Below the pieces are notes generated by a model, which searched no databases, was not told the origin of the DNA, and saw only the letters and a list, made by a program, of their open reading frames with translations. A stretch of 64,000 bases of DNA from Nymphaea colorata (lineage: Eukaryota): assembly GCF_008831285.2 (NCBI RefSeq), contig NC_045138.2, positions 34,100,001 through 34,164,000 on the forward strand, written 5' to 3'. This document shows positions 51,963 through 64,000 of this stretch, in pieces; the stretch's first letter is position 1, and each line of letters opens with the position of its first letter. Position numbers and translations under genes: made by a program.

Positions 51963-52946
51963 GCGGTTGGAGATGCTTTCAGGCTCGCAGCATCGCAGGG
52001 GAAACAGCAGGAGCTTCTTTTATGGTCGATCTTCTCAGCTCTTCTTGTCGACTTCGTCAGACAGTTTTACTCCTCCTAGATTTTTGGTGGTTGGGTCCAC
52101 TCAGCACATGCAAAGGTCATACAGCCCCAAGCTGATTGCTGCCTTCCCTGCCTTCTTCTTCCATTTCCACAGTCTCATGGCTGGAGGTTGTTCCCATGAA
52201 AGCGGATGATGTTTTTCCCCAAAATTTGCAGGGCCCACATACTTTGCATTTACGTTGATGACAGGGAAAAAGAGAAGGGTCTTGCGTTTCTTGATAAAGA
52301 AAGCAGGAACAGAAATGAAGAGCGAATTATTATCCACGATATTGTGAGGGGCAACAGAAATGAAGAGGAGACTACCGAAACCGATGGGTCATGAGGGGAG
52401 AGCCAACTTTCGTTTGTCCTCGTCGACTTGCGAACGAAGGCAGAGGAGTTAGGCGTCCCCATCCCAAAGCTCCGTTGTCCACAAAACGGGGCTGGACAAT
52501 GACAATGATGCCGTTTAGTCTATGGAGAGAGATTCAGTATGCTCCGCATTAGTTTACTTTCGAGTCAAGTGCGCGTTTGAAGCCACCCACCTGGCACGAC
52601 ACAAAAACACATCTTCTCCACCCTCTCTATTTCTTTCCATTTCCTGGCAATTCTCCAGCTACCTGCCCTCTCCTTTTTTCTATGATACAAGAAGTGCGAC
52701 AATAACTTCTCGGAAAGGCATACTTTTTTTTGTGCATGTCCATTCTTAATCACTTTGTCAAAAATAATTTTTATACTTACTGTTTGTGTTTAAGTTTAGT
52801 TACTTGAGATTTGCTTTCCTTCTTTGTTAGAAACAACAACACCAACTCACTCAACTCGACCTCTAGTATTTAGACTGCATCCATTACAAGAGGCAACGCC
52901 TATAGGAATCAAAGTAATGACTATCCTTCTTCTACTTAGTTACTGA

Positions 52947-53143
52947 CAGGGCGGAGCCAAGATTTTGTTTAGGGACGGATCAAAAAATTCAACCTTAAAT
53001 TTGAGTAGGGCCAAAATGAATTTAAATAAAAAAAATACATTGAACAATTATTTTTTTTTTTTTTTTCTAATGTAAATTTTTTTTCTTCAGCTACCTCGGG
53101 GCGGGCCACGGCCTAGGTGGGCCCTCCCCTCCCTCCGCCCCTA
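52947..53143. mobile_element. hAT-type MITE (~197 bp), same family as 15055-15248, opposite orientation
   Basis: TIRs cagggcggag ... ctccgccccta; 8-bp TSD gttactga (52939-52946) / gttactgg (53144-53151). Confidence 0.85.
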
Positions 53144-53559
53144 GTTACTGGTCCTTGCAGTACGTGAAAGCACTTGGAACAATAGCTTCATATAGCTCAA
53201 AGTTGATTCATTTGTCAAACAAAGCAAATGAATTATGTTCGAGTTGTTAATTCAATTCAAATAATTTGGCGAGATTCGTCCAAGCTACGGGTATGAACTT
53301 GCCTCCTTAAAACTCCAATAAGGTCGTACAATCATAAAAGCTCATTCAGATGACTTGGTTTAGGTACTGTTTATGCAAATAACATTTGGTCGTCTTAGTT
53401 AACTCTGGCTTAACAAGTTACTAAATGATATATGGGGAGTTCGATGTTTTCATGTGTATGTTGCTCGATAGCAAAAAGATTAAAACAATGTCACCAAAAT
53501 ACGGTTGCTATATGAGCGTTAACGACAGTTGATGATGCAACAACGGTTCATGTTTTAAG

Positions 53560-53561
<2 letters not shown>

Positions 53562-53607
<46 letters not shown>
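53562..53607. repeat. (AT)n microsatellite
   Basis: Direct reading of the sequence. Confidence 0.95.
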
Positions 53608-53610
<3 letters not shown>

Positions 53611-54275
53611 TGTTTTTATTTTATTTTAAATATTTTTTAACAAAAATTTTGAAGGGTTTGATTTTTAACCTTGATCTAGTGGCTCGGGATTTGCCAATAT
53701 AAAATATATGACTGCATGATATTCTTTTTATGTTGTGTTACTGAAATCATTACAAAAGGTGTATTTATGACCTTCAATTGCTTGACTATAGTTTTTAGCT
53801 ACAAAACACACTTTGTACAACAGTTTTCAACGACACAAAATAAATAAATAAAAAGTAACTATTCGTTAATACAAGTAGCCAACTGATTTTACTTATAAAA
53901 AAACAACAAACGAAGAGATTTCTCGCGAGGTGATTTGACATGAGGCAAAAGTTTCTCAAAATACAACCTTATCGATCGATCGCCTGAAAATGTTGTGAAG
54001 CATGGACATGCACATTTTTGTATCATTTTAAAGCATAAAAAATCTAAAATCTTCACTGCTTTGTTCAAAACATTTATACGTGCGTTAAAAAAGAGTCAAA
54101 ACATTTGCCCCAATGTTGAGTGATTTCCAAAATCTAATTTTACAGAAGAAAAGCTCTGGGTTCGAGCGTTTTCTGCTCCCAATGAAATCAAAAAAGAGTT
54201 CGGCAGCGGAACCGGCCAAGGTCAAAATTGAACAGGGAGGAAGTGGTAATCGATTGCGGTCTACGCTGGGCTCAC

Positions 54276-54420
54276 CGCCATAACTGATGGTCATTGCAGG
54301 CCGTTGGCTTGGCTTCGGCACCGCCATTTCAGGATTGAAAGTCTCCAGGCACTTCTGGCAGTCGGATCTCCTGATGTCCGTCGTGGAGTGCACCAGCACA
54401 TGCAACGTCTGATTGCCGTT
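54276..54420 (-). pseudogene. Relic of the fourth DUF26 domain / exon-1 end of a four-DUF26 CRK
   Basis: NGNQTLHVLVHSTTDIRRSDCQKCLETF..PKPSQRPAMTISYG|gtgagccc aligns with CRK-d [41 protein letters not shown]|gtgagtcc. The first Cys is lost and there is an internal deletion. Confidence 0.8.
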
Positions 54421-54959
54421 GGAGAAGCAAAAGTATTCGAATTTTTGAGTTGAACCCTTTTAAATTTGGAGAAGCTATCACACATTTTTGTAGCAGTATG
54501 CATGTGGTTGACTATTCCACACCCCAGATTCCTTATCTATCTATGAATTATGTTATTCAAGCAATCAAAAGGCCTGAATTATAAGTATCAGTCAGTCCCG
54601 ATGTTCAATTTCACGCCCAACTAGCTAGTGAGCAGCAGGTTTTCCTTGTTGATGGATAGCTTGTAATCGGGGGCTAAATGTATCAGGGAAAAGCAATGGA
54701 TTACTGTGTCATCCTGGGTTACGTTTCCTAATTATTGATGGATATATGTAACAGGGCCCTAAATATAGCAGGGGAAAGCAGTGGAATACTTATCATCCTG
54801 GGTTAAATTAAGGAAGATGACTAGTATTTCCTTGAGTTGGCCTTGGGAATCATTTTCCATTAAGCTCATAAATGATTGGCACATCAGTCTTCTGAGATTG
54901 GTGACTCTTACAAGAGAATAAAAATAGATTCATGTATAAACTGGTATCGAGCAGCACCT

Positions 54960-57900
54960 TTACCTTGGATTAACTTCAGTATCTGTAACCCCGTTCACGG
55001 AAGAAGATTCTGATTTGCTGGAACCATCTTTGATTTTTCTCGTCGAAAATGCAGGTACCGTCGGCATCGGAAGTGCCAAACATTCACCCCCAAGCATGAG
55101 AAGAACAGAAGACATGGTTGGTCTACTTTCCGCATCTTCTTGAACACAGAGCAAGCCTATACGTAGGCATCTTAATATTTCACGAGCAGGGCTTGTCTCT
55201 CTTAGCAGTGGGTCCACGAATTCAAGTCCCATCCCTTGATTCCACAAAATCCATGCCTATAACGGTATAACCCAGTTTAATTCATCCACAATGTTTCGTG
55301 TGAGTATCTCGAGTGATCGAATATCAAAAATTTGATAAAAAGTATGCCATGCTTTTCAATGTCACGTAAGGTTATCAAGCTTGCAGGACAATATTTTGAA
55401 AGAAGACAACTAGGCCTTGCTAAAGAATGAAACACCTTACAGGGCAAAATAGGCTCTTTTCCAATTTCGCTATGTTACTGGGTTTCCATATCAATTTTCA
55501 AAAATCATTATGGTATTGCTTCAAAACAAAAATATTGTCACTTTAATTTAGAGAAAAGGGTCCACCTATGCTAACTAGGAGTTACTCTACACTACAGTAT
55601 TCCATGACTGAAGCAGGAGATATGAAGCAAGGAATCAATGAGACTTACAAATCCAACAAGACTACGAGCTTCTTGATGGGAATGATTGAACTTTCTGTTG
55701 AGTTGGCCGCTGATGATTTCTAAGAGTAAGATGCCGAAGCTGTAGACATCCGATTTAATGGAGAAAAAACCATCCATAGCATACTCCGGAGCCATGTATC
55801 CACTGTTGGAGGGAGAGCACAAAAGCAGAACAACGTAAGCGTTGGCTTGCAGTGAAGTGATTAAGCACTGCCTAAAGTAGATAGATCCGAGCCTCTGGTT
55901 TGCAATTCAAATAGAAGCACATCGGTTGAAAAAAAAGGGGCTAATCATCTAACTTGGGGAAGGGTCCAACTTAATCGATACCAAGATTTACTGAAGTATA
56001 CCTACTGATTTATAAATAAATGGAGAAGTAGGGGAAACCTACTTAGATATCATCAGCCTTATGGGAATCAAGAAAAGGGCCCCCTGTATACGAAGTTAAA
56101 GGACAACAGAATACATCGGAGTTCTCAGAAAAAGGAAGCAGAATTTAATCTTGTTGTGCAACAAACTTAAGGAAAATAATTCAATCTAACTAGGTTCCAC
56201 CATTAACTGACTAAGCCCCCCAAGAACAAAATGAAGAGTCTGATATCGTTTCGCAACAGTCTTCTGCACTAATTTTGCCGTCAAAAAGCAAAGTCAAAGG
56301 GATAACAATGAGAAGGCAGAAATTATTCACTTAAGAAGAAAGTATAAAGGCACCATCATCAAATTTGCAAAGAGAAAAACTTTCAGTAACGTAAGTTTTT
56401 TTGTTCACAATCAAATGCATTTCTGAACTTTAGAAATAGCAAACTCAACCTAGGAGCTAGAAGAGCTGAAAGGGCAGCGGTTGTGCTAAGGAGAAAGGAA
56501 AAAGCGTTAAAATAGTAATCCACTTCATGTGAAGTAAGTAATTTGGCATTTGTATATTTCCGTCAACAGAAGTTAAAAGACACAAGCATATGAAAGCTGT
56601 CATGTCTTCTTCATGTGGCCAAGGATTGCGTAATTTTAACGCTTCCTTGCAGGATAAAGCACTTAAGAATTTTAAACGCTTCAAAGTGTAAAAGAAAGCT
56701 CTTATACTCACTATGTTCCAACAATTATTTTGGTGTTTACTTGAGTTTGATTGCCACTGAAGATCCTTGCCATTCCAAAATCTGAAATTTTAGGGTTCAT
56801 CTGCTCATCGAGTAAAACATTGGCTGCTTTGAGGTCGCGGTGGATAATGCTGAGTCGGGAATCATGATGAAGATAAACCATGCCCCTTGCAATCCCCATC
56901 ATAATATTGAGTCTCGTCTCCCAATCTAACAATACTCGCCTTTGTGGATCTGTATGCCACCATAATTAACTTAGTTGACCTCTCTCTCTCTCTTTCTCTC
57001 TCTTTGATATGGGATGCATTCCACAATCATTTTGCAATTACATATCAGAAGTTAAAAATTCTCAAGTACTATTTCTTGGTCAGTCTGATCTGATGCACCT
57101 GATTAACATTTTGTAGAACAATAAAAAGTGTGTTCCTAAGTTTTTCATTGGGATCTCACGTAATATTTTGTTCACCTACAGAAATTTGCAATGCTTGGAC
57201 CATGGATCCCAATTCCAAGGAGAAGATCAACTTACAACCCAATGCTTGTAAAGTTGGTCCCATTGAATAGCGTCACCAAGAAAACGCCAGCCAGGTTTTT
57301 CAACACCAACTTGCTGGACCACGTAACTTGGTGTTGCTTCTTCTTCCTCTCTTACATTTTCACAAGATTGTGGAAATTGCAGTAGAAGAATGTTATTCTC
57401 TAGACATTTCTAGGGTCCAAGAGAAAATCTGAGTCTTCTTGTTGTATAGTCAGTGGGTCATGCGGACCACACCTTATAATAGAAAAGAAAAATTTTGTAG
57501 ATTGGTGGAAATTTACTTGTATGACCGACCTAAATCCTAATTATGAACCACTAGAGTTAGGGGTTACGCCTCAACATTGTCCTAACTAATCAGCGGTTAT
57601 GGATGTCCAAAATTTTCATATGCATCTTTCACCCACCAAAGAAGAGAGAGAGAGAGAGAGGAAAAAAAAAACATAAACGCTTAGAAATGATATTATATGA
57701 AGAGCGTGGAATTTGTACCAGTGAGAAAGGTGTCAAGGCTTTTGTTGGGGAGATACTCATAAATGAGCAGCACTTCCTCCTCCTCCGTGCAACACCCCAA
57801 AAGCCTTACCAAGTTCTTGTGTTGAAGATTTCCTATCAGTTTAACCTCATTCTTGAACTCCCTTATGCCTTGGCCCGAATATTGGGAAAGCCTCTTGACT

Positions 57901-60151
57901 GCTATTTCCTGTCCACCTGGGAGAATACCCTGAGAAGAAAAACTCAAGTATTTCAACCATGTATAATTAGTGGGTAGACTTTTTCTGGAGATGAAGTGGT
58001 GTTTTGAAACGTAGGAGATGGGAGTGAAAGTTTTGAAATCGCGTAATATGGAGTAGTTAATTAAGTACCTTGTAGACGGGACCAAATCCACCTTGGCCGA
58101 GTTTGTTCAACTCTGAAAAGTTATGTGTGGCTGCTCGAACCGTCTTAAGTCCTACCATTGCTACTTCATAGTTTGTACCATGCTGGTAATTCGGCCCGTT
58201 TAGGTCAAGCAATGATGTCTCCCTTTCATATATCATTTTTTCTATTCATCATGAAAAAGCTGATTTGTTATTTCAACCCAAATCGATAAAAAATGAAATT
58301 AAAGGAAGAAAGAATATGTGAGCGAAACAAATAGGAATAAAGTATCAATCCCAAAAAAAGTTTGTGTATGTGTGTGGTGGATAATTTAATAGTGGATGTG
58401 ATTGGTGTATTTGATTCGACGGAGCTCAGACTTGTATGATCATGGCTGTAGTTTCGAATGAATTTCACTGATTTATGGATACAACCCAGAATAAGACGTC
58501 AATAATGTTACAAAGTACCTCTCATTTTTTATTGTCTTTAACATTATTTTTCGTTACTCGGGCGACCCAACGTCGGCCCCCACCGACAAATTGACAAGAG
58601 AACATATGAGTAGACCTTCTATAGAGTCGGTATTGACTATCGGGCAGTGAGTAAAACATGAAAGGAAGAATTCATGAATGGTTTTATACATAAATAAATG
58701 TAACTTGTATTCGCTTACCTTGAGAGGAGGCGCTGTGCAATCAATGGATGTGAAAGAGGAATATAGAAATGTTTTTTTTCTTCATAATTAAATGTTAATT
58801 AAAGTATTTCTGGCTACTCTTAAAACTTAGAATGAGCAATAATTCTGTAGGAGCACTGTTAGTTAACATTTTAATTTAAATTATGAGATAAGGTCAGTAG
58901 CTTCTTTACCCATGTGTTTCCTTGTTCGAACGATGAACACGATACAAGCAACCAAGAGACCACCTCCTATGGGGCATACGATCGTAATAATTCTCCAAAA
59001 AGCTCTTCCACTGTTTCCTGCATTTAATTAACAGTTTTAGATAGATTGTTAAGACTGTAGCTAATAGAAAGATGGATGTGTTCAAACATTATAACTGGTA
59101 AACAAGATAGAGTGGATAATTTAAAATAATAACAGTAGCAAGCTCACAGCCAGATATGTAACAGTTATTATCGGTTTTTCAGAGCGACAAAATGCAGAAA
59201 TGACTTGGAAATTACGTCCACAAAAGCGAAGATTAGTGGAAAAACTGGGGACTGATTAAGTAACAGTATGAAGCTGGGCATCTTTCCTGAGTAAAAAAAA
59301 AAAAGAAGCGGGATACATCAAACAGTATTGAAGAGAGGACGGTAGCATGCACCTGAATGATTATCCAGAGGTAATGCAGGAGAGCGGGGCCCATAATTAG
59401 CCGCCGGGGACGGCGACTCCGTCGGCTTTGAAAACTTTCCGAAGAATGGGTAGATCTCGTATCTCAGAACACAACTTCCAGATAAAATTCTAGCCCCCTG
59501 TTTATGTAGGCAACAAGATGAAATGGAATTTACGGAATTGTTCAAACAGAAACGGCAGGCAGCAGGCGACAAGTCTCTTGTGCACTGCACCATTCCATAG
59601 ACCGTCACGTTGTCTGCGTAGGGAACGGCACCGGTGGCGTACGACAGGGAAGACTTGTTGGTGGTAGCCAACCCGGTGAGTTTGCTGAATAAGGATAGCA
59701 CAATTGGCCTGAACTGTGAGGGATTAGAGATGGCATTGCTGTTCTGCAGGGCCTCTCTGGGGAAATCTGCAACCCCAAAGAAATTGTCACTTGAGTAGCG
59801 CAAGAGGCAATTTTCTTCCCAAACCACACCAGCTTTGAAGTTGGCGCACAACAGGAGGATCAGAGAACCAGCAATTGCTGCACAACTGCGGCATTCATCG
59901 GCCGAGACATCTATGTGACACTGCACCAGGCCATAGACTTGGTCCGGCTCCTTGCCCACCGTGGTGTTGTAAAAGAAGCCAGGAAGGGAGGAGGCATTGG
60001 CTGTGAGAGAGGCCACGAGGGTCTTGAGGTTTTTCTCGAAGGTGGCTGTGTAGGCGGTTGGAGAGGTGGGGCAGGAACTGAGCTGGGCCTTGGCAACGTG
60101 AAAGAGATGAAAGAGAATTGCAAGGAACTTGATGCCTGTAATGCCATCCAT
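54960..60151 (-). CDS. CRK: Cysteine-rich receptor-like kinase (2x DUF26), 7 exons, ~659 aa (CRK-e); kinase closest to CRK-d
   Basis: Exons 60151-59353, 59017-58910, 58241-58069, 57929-57719, 56949-56712, 55802-55649, 55256-54960 (1980 nt). [13 protein letters not shown] and [13 protein letters not shown] motifs; [24 protein letters not shown]. Confidence 0.94.
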
Positions 60152-63104
60152 CCTATAGGTGATCCACGGCTAATGTCGTTCTGGTTTTGGATGCCAAGGA
60201 TGTATGGTAATAAGAGAACGAACAATTGGGCTTTTAAATGGAAGAAAGAACGAGGCCAACAACATCTCTCGAGTCTTTCTCGCCGAGTTTGTAAAATCGG
60301 TGACAGACTCTCACCCATTTTTAGTTTCTGAAGTATATTTTCTTTGGTCGCCTCTCTCACTCTTACACGGATCAGCTCATTAAAGAATGATAAAAGGGAG
60401 ACCACCGACCCTTTCCTTGACTCTGTTGACATGAGAAGCAACCAGGCAACTGACATGAAGCGGCAATTCATCGATTTAACAATATTTTATGCTTAGTGTA
60501 AGTCAACTGTGAATTTGGGTTGCTCTGATTTCACATTTGCTGCAGCAGTCGCGGTCCTTTAGTATGCGATATTGGTCCAAGGTCTTGGGAATACCCATTT
60601 TCGTTTTATGACTTGTATACTTCGCTGTTTGGAAAGAGCATCATAATATGCACCTATCTCAGATCTATTAAACATTTTTAAAAGTGTATCATGTATCTGC
60701 TCCACTTTTTAGAGCAAATATAGCGTACTGTTACTGCTGCCATAAAAAGTGCAAATGACATGGATGTGTATATCTTTATAACACCATGTATGAGACGAGA
60801 ACGAATATATGGCAGGATACAGATGAATTTCAAATGTGTCCCTTTCATCAAAATTCCAATCTGAACGTGTTCCTTGCGACTCCAGGTAGAAAAACTGGAG
60901 AAATTGACGAGAGAAGTTTCGGAGGATCTTCTGCTTGCCTGCGTCCACTCGCTTCCTGGTAGATGATGCAACTGATCGATATGTGCTTCGCACTATCTCA
61001 TTTCCTCAACATTGTGCTTAATAACCACTTTGATGTTGATTAATGAGAAGGGCAATTCTACCAGATCGTGAACATATCGTTTATAATTTGGAACTCATTT
61101 CAGGCTGATTTCCCTAAATTTTCGACATACTCGTGATTTCTGTTGAACAGAAATCAGCAGTTCAAGGACTTGAACCGAATTGGCCTTTTAAGATGATATG
61201 CCATTCAAGTGGGTTTTTTTTTGCCGGTTTCTGATCCGACAGATAGTGCGATCTTAAGCTAGAGTAGTTTGATCGGAAACATGCATAACTGAAGTTAATA
61301 TCATTTCGTTTAGATGTGTTTTTGAACAATAAAAAAAAATTAATAGCCCTGATTACAACGAATTAAACTTGGTTGCCACATTTTTCAACTGTGAAACTAA
61401 CTTTAATAAAGTTTGTTTTATCTTAAATTACTAGTCATAAAAACGTTGGGATATATATTATATTATATAATATTTAATATATAGATTTCTATTCTCTCAT
61501 AATAAATCTCTCTCTGTCTCTCTCTCATTTGGTCGGACTAGGGTTTCGGCAGTCAAAACCCTTGTCCAACCATCGTCTCCCTCTTTTGTGCGGCGTCGTT
61601 TCGCTTGAGCCCGACCCATCGTTGCTCCTGGTCTCACCATTATCGTCATCCCCTCCTTCAGTAGCGAATACCGCCGCCTTCAAAGGAGGAAAATCAAGCC
61701 CTTCACTGCTGCAGCCTATTCCTTTCATCAATTTGCTGCATTATTGTCTGGTATATTCTCCCTTTCTTTCTTCAGCAATGACTAGCATCTATCCTAATTT
61801 AATGCCTTTTCTCTTTGTTGATATTTGAGAAATGCCAAAAACCTCTTATGGTAATTATTGGCCTTTTGTAAATTTGGCATAAACATGACATCTAGGATGC
61901 AAGCGCCCTGTTTTAACCTTGAAGGTAACTTATCTCATTGTGATTGTAGAAAAGGGGACGACTTCAAGTGAAGGAACTGAAGCTCAAAGTGGAAGCTGTA
62001 AATAAAAGGGAACCACCGTATACAACAATCAAGGAGATCGATGATTTGTGTGTTCTCTTCAATAGTTGTAAATTTGTAATGCTTCATGCATGACTTCTCT
62101 GCTTGGTTATCAGATCTCCTAGTTGTTCACTTATAACACTTCTCATGTTTGGACATTCATAGTAACAAATATACACGACTTTACAGTGCATACAGTTAGC
62201 TGGTATAGCAATGGAGGACAACTGTGGGATGGTAGCAACAGTGAAGTTGATGATCCAAAAGATGATGTTGCAAATAAGTGCAGCCACGACACTAATAGAA
62301 AAAGAACAATTATGAGGTTATCAGTTGTAAATATGTAGTTTAGCTATTATTAAGAATCGATTAGTTTAGTAAAATGACTTTTTGTAGCAACATTTTAGTT
62401 TGATAAGATAAGAAACAGTATCTATTATCCAGTAATGGCCTTCGTTTATTTACAATGGTTTTTATGTAGTTTTACCAAATATTGTCACCGTTGTGTTAAT
62501 TCTTTTTTTCTCACTTGGTGACGTGGAATAATTGCAGGCTCGTTTTATGCTTGGTCTAGAGCACTATTACAATGAAATGAACATGAACTAGGCACTATGG
62601 AATTAGAAAAGGTAAAAGTATACTTCTTGAAAGCGGTTGAAAGATTGTTTACTTTTGTCAACACAATTCTTTCTGGAGTTCTACAAAATAATATGGAAGC
62701 AAGTCCAATTTTTTTTTTTTAAATCTTGGATAATAGGACGATTAAGTTGAAAATTGCCGTATGACATTTGTTTGGGTTGGTTGCAGCAGGGTGGGTTGAA
62801 AAATCGTGTGGCAAATTTTAATGAAAATGAGAACTTTGTCTCGTCTGATGTAGATCTTATCATACCTTCATCTAGAAGGTAATGATTCAGTTCATAGTAT
62901 TAGTTGTTTGACAATCTACGGAGTGATTTCTTTTACTTTTTCATTATTCTTCATTCATGCTCTCACATGTTGTTTGTTAATTTATAAAAACTATTATGTT
63001 GTCAATGTCAACAAATTCTAAACTGTATCACGCAGGCAACCATCATGTTCATCTAGGAGGTCTTTTGGTAGCGGTGAATCAAATCACCGGCATATATAGA
63101 ACAT

Positions 63105-63261
63105 TTCAGCTTGCCAATTCCCCACGGCTCACCCGTTGAATAGAATTCCCCACGAGACCTTTCCCGACAGCCCTGAATCCGTTGGCAAATGAATGGCCGA
63201 CGGCTTGTGGGGGGTTTTGCCAACAGTGAGAACCGTTGGCAACTCCCAAGATTGTTTAGTG
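63105..63261. mobile_element. Possible right end of a CACTA (En/Spm) element
   Basis: Clustered direct and inverted subterminal-like motifs (ccgttggcaa x2, ttgccaa x2, ccgacgg) ending in TAGTG at 63257-63261. No matching left end was found. Confidence 0.4.
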
Positions 63262-64000
63262 ACGTTTCGATTACAGTGAGGTGCTTTAAATTAAAATAGA
63301 TCGGAGTGGAGGGTTTGCAAAGCTCATTGCTCGATAGAAAAGGTACACTTACATCGGTTAAAGTTCATTTATTAACCAATATACCTATTGATTAATAAAT
63401 GAGCAAAAATTGGGGAATGCTTTTTACCATATTCATCCTCATATGCACACTTTAGGAAATGGCTCATTTATGCATTTAAAGAAAATGATTAACCTCTACT
63501 TTTCAAATGGACAACATGCATGGATAGAGCCCCGAATTTTTCATTATAGAGGCCAAACTATAGTTTGAAAATTTAAATAGGGGTTGAAATATAAATTTTT
63601 ATACAAATTAAAATAAAATTTTAAATGTAGTTTTTTTTCCCGCTTCCTTCATTTGCTAACGGAACTGGGGGAAGGGCCTATCAAATCATCCCTCCCTTTG
63701 CAGCTTGTTGCTGAATTTTGTGATATTCTACGACACCTTGCAACTTTAATCTTGTTTTAATGCATCTTTCATTTGATGCTCTCTCTCTCTCACACACACA
63801 CTCACACACACACACACACACACAGAAATGGGTGCCTATACTTTTGTCCTTAAGAAGGGCGTTTTCCATCTAGCCGGCACGGTCTTTTCTGGTCCAAAAC
63901 AAATCCTTGACACACATTTATCCTTGTGCAAGACTTTCATGCAAAGAAATATATTTACAATTAATTGACTTATATGTTATAGATAAGAAAATATTGTTTA

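Noticed and set aside
51645..52079. Plus-strand ORFs overlapping DUF26 exons (also 35117-35502, 41028-41243, 50415-50723, 59915-60331)
   Set aside because: Antisense shadows of GC-rich coding exons.
58719..58732. 14-nt micro-exon candidate in CRK-e intron 2
   Set aside because: Inclusion would shift the frame; there is no support without transcripts.
27493..60506. W-boxes upstream of DUF26 genes (27493, 35795, 41483, 52563, 60417, 60501)
   Set aside because: Plausible for CRK promoters, but hexamers at this density are expected by chance; not reported as features.
63520..63680. Third degenerate hAT-like MITE
   Set aside because: Composition is similar but TIRs and TSD are not identifiable.

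Overview
AT-rich, intron-containing flowering-plant genomic DNA (species not determinable from sequence alone) with two parts. (1) 1 to ~15.8 kb has no intact gene. It is a rearranged amplification of the decayed 3' end (helicase-C region, intron retained) of a RAD5/16-type SNF2-RING helicase gene (CHR27/CHR28/EDA16-like). At least six recognisable fragments lie on both strands, organised as large and nested inverted repeats, with a 14x34-bp minisatellite derived from one pseudo-exon, a truncated LINE and a hAT MITE. The ORF track misses this homology because it is broken by stops and frameshifts. (2) ~17-60 kb is a minus-strand tandem cluster of DUF26 genes: three canonical 7-exon cysteine-rich receptor-like kinases (CRKs), one CRK with a degenerate (HRN) kinase, one CRK with four DUF26 domains, two single-exon secreted double-DUF26 genes, and a relic of another four-DUF26 exon. 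All exon boundaries were read by hand (GT-AG, phase-consistent). No database searches were run, so family calls rest on recalled motifs.
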